DNA from: a virus
Taxonomy: Duplodnaviria; Heunggongvirae; Uroviricota; Caudoviricetes
Length of the DNA stretch: 12,694 bases
Virus record (IMG/VR): IMGVR_UViG_2529293249_000016
Location: 1 to 12,694 of that record
Direction: 5' to 3' (one strand)
The position numbers were made by a program, and so were the translations under genes. Below are positions 8,008 to 12,694 of this stretch, piece after piece (within the stretch, counting starts at the first letter, position 1; every line of letters starts with the position of its first letter). The notes beneath the pieces are model-generated. The model saw only the letters and a program-made list of their open reading frames with translations. It did no database searches and was not told the DNA's origin.

Positions 8008-8232
8008 CTATCGTTCTTTGTTCTTACGGTAACGCTCAAGAGGAGATACATTTTTTCGTATCGTCTCTTTAACCTGCTCTCCCCGTAAAAACGTCCCATC
8101 CTTTAACGTGAAAAAGTAACTGCCATCGCCCGACAATGACGGATAGCAACAGAGCAAATCATCTTCAGGTACTGAATAACTCTCCCCTCTGTAACGAAAC
8201 TGATAAACCACTTCACTTTCTGCCGCATACAT
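8008..8232 (-). CDS. Hypothetical small protein (74 aa)
   Basis: ATG at 8232 with GGAG about 9 nt upstream. Overlaps the 3' part of the neighbouring ORF by about 130 nt in another frame, so one of the two may be over-extended. Confidence 0.45.
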   Translation of the reverse strand: MYAAESEVVYQFRYRGESYSVPEDDLLCCYPSLSGDGSYFFTLKDGTFLRGEQVKETIRKNVSPLERYRKNKER

Positions 8233-8399
8233 TTGGACTTTCTCCGTTTCCTCGTGGTCAATTCAGACAGCAATTCATCTTGTGAATGACATGGATGCCA
8301 GCGTTTTCCATCCTCACCCGTGATCCAGCCGTGACCGTAGTGCATTGCCGGGCTTTGTTTTACCAGCAGCGATGCAAATGATGGTTCTTTCGTCAGCAT
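8103..8399 (-). CDS. Hypothetical small protein directly downstream of cII (possibly Fil-like); true 3' end uncertain
   Basis: ATG at 8399 with GAGGTG overlapping the cII stop. Position corresponds to the fil/dhr region of 186. The track ORF starts further upstream (8432), which I reject as the start. Confidence 0.4.
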   Translation of the reverse strand: MLTKEPSFASLLVKQSPAMHYGHGWITGEDGKRWHPCHSQDELLSELTTRKRRKSKCMRQKVKWFISFVTEGRVIQYLKMICSVAIRHCRAMAVTFSR

Positions 8400-8406
8400 A
8401 AACACC

Positions 8407-8916
8407 TCACAGCAAACCGAATGAAGCACCAAGGCCAGTCATGGTATCAACTGCACTCGCCATCGCAGGATTAGCCTGTAAACGGGCTTGCAATGAAACA
8501 GCAGCCAGCGCCATCAGTCGTGTTACAGAGTTAATGCTGCTGATAGCATCACGACGACCGGCACTAGTTTTTACATCACCAGATACCGCACCTGCTGCAA
8601 CACGCCCGATCTCTGCAGTTGCGCTCATGACGTAATGCGGCAGTTTCTCTTTTGCTACCTCATTAATCGGTACACATGGCAGACAATGAATCTGTGCCAG
8701 AAAACCATCTACCAACGTTGAATCTTCAGTCAGATCGGTAAGCAGCCAGATTTCTGGTGCGGTTAATAAATGAGGTTGAGCTGGATTCAGCTTGTTCCGC
8801 AGAATCTGCACATTCATGCCCGCACGTTCTGCCAGTTGCACCAGATTGTGGCGCAGTGCGAATGCACGACAGGCTTCATCAAAATGTGGATGTTTGGAAA
8901 CTTGGTAATCAAACAT
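8407..8916 (-). CDS. cII: Phage CII-like transcriptional activator, 186 type (169 aa)
   Basis: Internal ATG at 8916 ([19 protein letters not shown]...) with GAGG about 9 nt upstream gives 169 aa, matching the length of 186 CII as I recall it. Sits directly after the apl-like gene in the lytic operon. Confidence 0.75.
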   Translation of the reverse strand: MFDYQVSKHPHFDEACRAFALRHNLVQLAERAGMNVQILRNKLNPAQPHLLTAPEIWLLTDLTEDSTLVDGFLAQIHCLPCVPINEVAKEKLPHYVMSATAEIGRVAAGAVSGDVKTSAGRRDAISSINSVTRLMALAAVSLQARLQANPAMASAVDTMTGLGASFGLL

Positions 8917-8948
8917 GGTCGACACCTCTGATGTATCCCAAAATGGAA

Positions 8949-9170
8949 CTAGTTGAATACAACATTGCAATCAGTAAGTGCATCAACGGTAAGAGCAGCA
9001 AGGTTGATCATTACCTTTTCTCTTTTCTTGTCTTTACGAAGACGATGCCGAGGAATGCGACCATCCGCCAACATATCGTTGATTGTGTCGATTGAAAGAC
9101 CAGTAAGTTCGCTATAACGCTCGATTGTGACGTGTGGCGTATTCAGAGTTATTGAAATGTTAGGGGTCAT
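8949..9170 (-). CDS. Apl/Cox-like excisionase and transcriptional regulator with an AlpA/Xis-type helix-turn-helix (73 aa)
   Basis: ATG at 9170 with AGGAG about 11 nt upstream. [26 protein letters not shown] is a typical AlpA/excisionase HTH. First gene of the rightward operon, divergent from cI. Confidence 0.6.
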   Translation of the reverse strand: MTPNISITLNTPHVTIERYSELTGLSIDTINDMLADGRIPRHRLRKDKKREKVMINLAALTVDALTDCNVVFN

Positions 9171-9220
9171 GATGCAACATCTCCTATTGGCTTGTGGTGA
9201 GCCTGTAGTAATCGTGACAA

Positions 9221-9236
9221 GTACCCAATTGGGTAC
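9221..9236. promoter_or_regulatory. Perfect 16-bp palindrome GTACCCAATTGGGTAC in the cI/apl switch region; candidate operator
   Basis: Lies in the roughly 95-bp interval between the apl-like and cI starts. A direct copy of AAGTACCCAA recurs at 9278-9287, inside the cI 5' end. Confidence 0.4.
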
Positions 9237-9265
9237 AAAACTGATACTAGGATCGCAAAAGAGAT

Positions 9266-9862
9266 ATGTCAACATCAAAGTACCCAAGTGAGATCAAAAT
9301 AAATCCCAATAAAGGTGGTAAGGCTGCGATTGAGCGATTAGTCGAAGCCTATGGCTTTACGACACGACAGGCTTTAGCTGATCACTTGGAAGTATCAAAA
9401 AGCACACTAGCGAACAGGTATTTGCGGGATACATTTCCTGCTGACTGGATAATCCAATGTGCTCTTGAAACAGGAACCTCCCTCAAATGGTTAACTACCG
9501 GACAAGGCCTTAAGCAAAGCTCGCTGACAGCAGCTACAGAAGAGCTTGTTAAGTTTCGCCTTGCCGCAGGCAAAATGATTGAAGACGGTTCATATGTCTT
9601 CGATTCATCATTTCTTCCTGCAAACCTTTCATCACCAATTGTTGTTCAGGATGGACTCGTCACATACATTTGTGATCAAAAATTTTCTGAAGTACTTGAT
9701 GGAAACTGGTTAATCAATATCGACGGAACCTATTCCATTCGAAAAATCACAAGGCTTCCTAAAGGAATGATTAAAATTACAACAGCAGAGAATAGCTTTG
9801 AATGTGCATTTTCTGATATTGAAGTGGTTGCTTGTATAAGAAGTACAATAGTCTCGAATTAA
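9266..9862 (+). CDS. cI: Immunity repressor, 186 CI type (198 aa)
   Basis: ATG at 9266. N-terminal HTH region (RLVEAYGFTTRQALADHLEVSKSTLANRY...WLTTGQG) and a size close to the 192 aa of 186 CI. Divergent from the apl/cII operon and upstream of int. Confidence 0.75.
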   Translation: MSTSKYPSEIKINPNKGGKAAIERLVEAYGFTTRQALADHLEVSKSTLANRYLRDTFPADWIIQCALETGTSLKWLTTGQGLKQSSLTAATEELVKFRLAAGKMIEDGSYVFDSSFLPANLSSPIVVQDGLVTYICDQKFSEVLDGNWLINIDGTYSIRKITRLPKGMIKITTAENSFECAFSDIEVVACIRSTIVSN

Positions 9863-9882
9863 TATAGTAAAAGGATTTTAAA

Positions 9883-11559
9883 ATGAATTCATTTGCCATC
9901 GTTATACTCTTATTAGCATTTCTCGCCCCTGTTCTAGCTGTAATATTATTTAAACAAAGTAAAAAACACAAAGCGGCTATAGATAACCTGACAGCTAACA
10001 ACATAGCCCTTTCTAACCAACTGATTGAAAATCAAGAAAAACTAGCACAGACCGCACGAGAATTATCAGAGCTTGAAGGGCGAGCAGCACCATTGTGGCA
10101 ATACGAAGAATTGCACAGCGCAGTAATGGATGCAGAGAATAAGATAAAAAATGCGGACTCAATAGCCAAGCAAAAAATAGATGAAGCCCAAATTAAGGCG
10201 GCTAAAACAGTAAACGAAGCAAATTATCAAGCTCAGATGACAATAAGCAACGCTAATAGCGAAGCTATAGCAATCACCAAAGACGCTCGCGATGCACGCC
10301 TGAAAGCCAAAGAACGTCTTGATAATGCTAATAATAAAGCAAATGAGCTAATCTCAAATGCTAATGACAATGCAGTAAAAATTATTTCTGATGCAGAAGA
10401 AAGAGCAAAGGAGATTGCTGGTTCAGCATATGAAGCTAAAGAGTTTGCAGAAAAATATGAAGCAGTTGCAAAATCAATGAAAAATAAAATTGAAGGTTAT
10501 GGTGATGAATGGATCATCCCTAACCGTAGTGTACTTGATGAGCTGGCAGAAAATTATGAATTTACAGATGCAGGCAAGGAATTACAAAAAGCCAGAGAGT
10601 TAACCAAATCATTAATAAAAACTAATAAAGCTGCTTCGTGTGATTATGTTGAGCAAAACAGGCGTAATACTGCCATAAACTTTGTTTTGGATGCCTTCAA
10701 TGGAAGAGTTGACAGTATTTTATCAAAAGTCAAACACAACAATTTTGGAAAACTTTCCCAAGAAATAAAAGATGCATTTCAACTAGTAAATTACAATGGC
10801 TCTGCCTTTAGGTCCGCAAAAATAAGTGACATCTATCTTCAGGCAAGACTCAACGAGCTAAAATGGGGTGTAGCAGTTAATGAAATTATGCTCGAAGAAA
10901 AAGAAGAGCAAAGAAGGATTAAAGAACAGCTTCGTGAAGAGGAAAGAGCTCGTAGAGAATATGAAAAAGCGATAAAAGAAGCTGAAAAAGAAGAAAAAGC
11001 TATTCAGCAAGCTATAAATAAAGCAACGAAAGAACTTATGCTTGCAAATGAAGAACAACGCTTAGCTTTAGAGCAAAAAATAGCTGAACTACAGTTAAAA
11101 TATGAAGAAGCTGAAGCTAAAAATCAACGAGCTATTTCTATGGCTCAACAAACCAGATCAGGCCACGTCTATATCATTAGTAATATTGGTTCATTTGGCG
11201 AAGATGTATATAAAATTGGAATGACACGCCGCCTTGAACCACTTGATCGTGTTCGTGAACTCGGAGATGCTAGTGTTCCTTTTTCGTTCGATGTTCATGC
11301 GATGATTTATAGTGATGATGCACCATCATTAGAAAACCATCTGCATAAAGTTTTCAACGAAAAGCAGGTCAATAAAATTAACTCACGAAAAGAGTTTTTT
11401 AACGTAAATTTAAAAGAAATCAAATCAGTTATTGAAGACATGAACATCAACGCCCACTGGACAATGTTTGCAGAGGCGAAAGAATATAGAGAGTCTCTAT
11501 CTATTGAGCAGGAGCGCAAAGCAGCCACTTCCGCCAACGATGAACTACATGTTGCTTAG
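9883..11559 (+). CDS. AT-rich cargo protein of 558 aa: N-terminal transmembrane anchor, long K/E/A-rich coiled coil, C-terminal T5orf172 (GIY-YIG-like) domain; candidate anti-phage defence protein
   Basis: ATG at 9883 with AAGGA 7 nt upstream, 20 nt after the cI stop. Hydrophobic N-terminus FAIVILLLAFLAPVLAVILF. C-terminus GHVYIISN...YKIGMTRR...PFSF...RKEFFNV matches the T5orf172/Mug113 pattern. Inserted between cI and int, which are normally adjacent. Confidence 0.75.
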   Translation: MNSFAIVILLLAFLAPVLAVILFKQSKKHKAAIDNLTANNIALSNQLIENQEKLAQTARELSELEGRAAPLWQYEELHSAVMDAENKIKNADSIAKQKIDEAQIKAAKTVNEANYQAQMTISNANSEAIAITKDARDARLKAKERLDNANNKANELISNANDNAVKIISDAEERAKEIAGSAYEAKEFAEKYEAVAKSMKNKIEGYGDEWIIPNRSVLDELAENYEFTDAGKELQKARELTKSLIKTNKAASCDYVEQNRRNTAINFVLDAFNGRVDSILSKVKHNNFGKLSQEIKDAFQLVNYNGSAFRSAKISDIYLQARLNELKWGVAVNEIMLEEKEEQRRIKEQLREEERARREYEKAIKEAEKEEKAIQQAINKATKELMLANEEQRLALEQKIAELQLKYEEAEAKNQRAISMAQQTRSGHVYIISNIGSFGEDVYKIGMTRRLEPLDRVRELGDASVPFSFDVHAMIYSDDAPSLENHLHKVFNEKQVNKINSRKEFFNVNLKEIKSVIEDMNINAHWTMFAEAKEYRESLSIEQERKAATSANDELHVA

Positions 11560-11617
11560 CAATGTATGTTTCATAGTAATCACACATTGATTACTGGTTA
11601 CATATACAGTTAAATTT

Positions 11618-11641
11618 AGCCCTCTGATATGAGGGCTTTTT
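11618..11641 (+). terminator. Rho-independent terminator directly abutting the int start codon
   Basis: AGCCCTC-tgatat-GAGGGCT stem-loop followed by TTTTT, then the int ATG at 11642. Confidence 0.6.
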
Positions 11642-12694
11642 ATGGCAGTACGAAAACTAACCACAGGGAAATGGCTTTGCGAATGTTACCCCGCCGGACG
11701 AAGTGGGCGTCGTGTGCGTAAACAATTCGCTACCAAAGGCGAAGCACTGGCTTTTGAGCGCCACACGATGGAAGAAACCGAAGCAAAGCCCTGGCTGGGT
11801 GAATCAGTGGATCGTCGAACACTGAAAGACGTGGTTGAGCTATGGTTCAAACTACATGGTAAATCTCTGACAGCTGGGCAGCATGTCTATGACAAATTGC
11901 TGTTGATGGTTGACGCTCTGGGCAATCCTCTTGCAACCGATCTCACCTCTAAAATGTTTGCCCACTATCGAGATAAACGCCTGACAGGCGAGATCTACTT
12001 CAGCGAGAAATGGAAGAAAGGAGCAAGCCCGGTCACCATTAACCTGGAGCAAAGCTATCTAAGTAGTGTTTTTAGCGAACTATCCCGTCTGGGCGAATGG
12101 TCGTATCCGAACCCACTGGAGAACATGCGAAAATTCACCATCGCAGAAAAAGAGATGGCATGGCTTACCCATGAGCAGATTGTTGAATTGCTGGCTGATT
12201 GCAAACGTCAGGACCCAATTCTGGCACTGGTAGTTAAGATATGCTTAAGCACAGGCGCACGCTGGCGTGAAGCCGTAAATCTTACCCGCTCACAGGTGAC
12301 CAAATACCGAATTACCTTTGTCAGAACGAAGGGGAAGAAAAACAGAAGCATCCCTATCAGTAAAGAGCTTTACGAAGAGATCATGGCGCTTGATGGGTTC
12401 AATTTCTTCACAGACTGCTATTTTCAATTTTTATCCGTGATGGAAAAAACGTCTATCGTGCTCCCTCGCGGTCAACTCACACACGTTCTGCGCCATACGT
12501 TTGCGGCGCACTTCATGATGTCGGGTGGAAACATTCTGGCCTTACAAAAAATTCTCGGACACCACGATATAAAAATGACTATGCGTTACGCACATCTGGC
12601 ACCGGATCATCTAGAAACGGCGCTCCGTTTCAATCCTCTGGCAACGCTGCCAAGTGGCGACAAAGTGGCGGCAGCGGTTGGCATTACCCCGTAA
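11642..12694 (+). CDS. int: Tyrosine integrase, P2/186 Int family (350 aa)
   Basis: Catalytic-domain signature (ARWREA..., HVLRHTFAAHF, LGHHDIKMTMRYAHL carrying the R, H-x-x-R and Y residues). Position next to cI at the prophage end. TAA stop at the window end. Confidence 0.9.
   Translation: MAVRKLTTGKWLCECYPAGRSGRRVRKQFATKGEALAFERHTMEETEAKPWLGESVDRRTLKDVVELWFKLHGKSLTAGQHVYDKLLLMVDALGNPLATDLTSKMFAHYRDKRLTGEIYFSEKWKKGASPVTINLEQSYLSSVFSELSRLGEWSYPNPLENMRKFTIAEKEMAWLTHEQIVELLADCKRQDPILALVVKICLSTGARWREAVNLTRSQVTKYRITFVRTKGKKNRSIPISKELYEEIMALDGFNFFTDCYFQFLSVMEKTSIVLPRGQLTHVLRHTFAAHFMMSGGNILALQKILGHHDIKMTMRYAHLAPDHLETALRFNPLATLPSGDKVAAAVGITP

Noticed and set aside
8917-8970. Upstream extensions of track ORFs (cII from 8970, apl from 9287, dam from 7179, DinI-like from 3571, Fil-like from 8432)
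   Set aside because: The extended starts lack an RBS, overlap neighbouring genes or promoters, or begin at non-ATG codons; internal ATGs with clear RBS give proteins of the expected sizes.
8441-9095. + strand ORFs 8441-8635 and 8757-9095
   Set aside because: Antisense to the cII-like and apl-like genes, which have recognisable motifs and RBS.
9382-10004. - strand ORFs 9382-9573 and 9777-10004
   Set aside because: Antisense within cI and the cI/cargo junction; no start context.
10858-11537. - strand ORFs 10858-11058 and 11307-11537
   Set aside because: Antisense inside the 558-aa cargo gene; phenylalanine/lysine-rich translations are artefacts of the AT-rich coiled-coil coding region.
11852-12052. 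66-aa ORF on the - strand
   Set aside because: Antisense inside the integrase gene.
1-12694. CRISPR arrays, tRNA or rRNA genes, IS elements or transposase genes
   Set aside because: I looked for regularly spaced direct repeats, cloverleaf-like GC-rich segments, terminal inverted repeats and transposase-like ORFs and found none; the only repeats are short motifs near cos and in the switch region.

Overview
This window reads as the regulatory and replication end of an integrated P2-family prophage of the 186 type, from an enterobacterial host, with three AT-rich cargo genes inserted into the conserved backbone. Left to right: the 3' end of a terminase gene and the portal gene (Q-like, + strand); an AT-rich PIN-like cargo gene (-); a candidate cos site with CATGCA repeats; an AT-rich gene for a small secreted protein (+); a LexA-box-controlled tum-like/DinI-like pair (-); the early operon on the - strand (A-type rolling-circle replication initiator, Dam methylase, TraR/DksA zinc finger, small hypotheticals, CII-like, Apl/Cox-like); a 186-type CI repressor (+); a second AT-rich cargo gene between cI and int encoding a membrane-anchored coiled-coil protein with a C-terminal T5orf172/GIY-YIG-like domain (+); a terminator; and a P2-type tyrosine integrase (+). 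The two large cargo genes sit where P2-like prophages are known to carry anti-phage defence genes and are the best candidates for an undescribed defence function. All calls come from reading the translations and DNA by eye; no database search or computation was run, and family assignments rest on recalled motifs and gene order.
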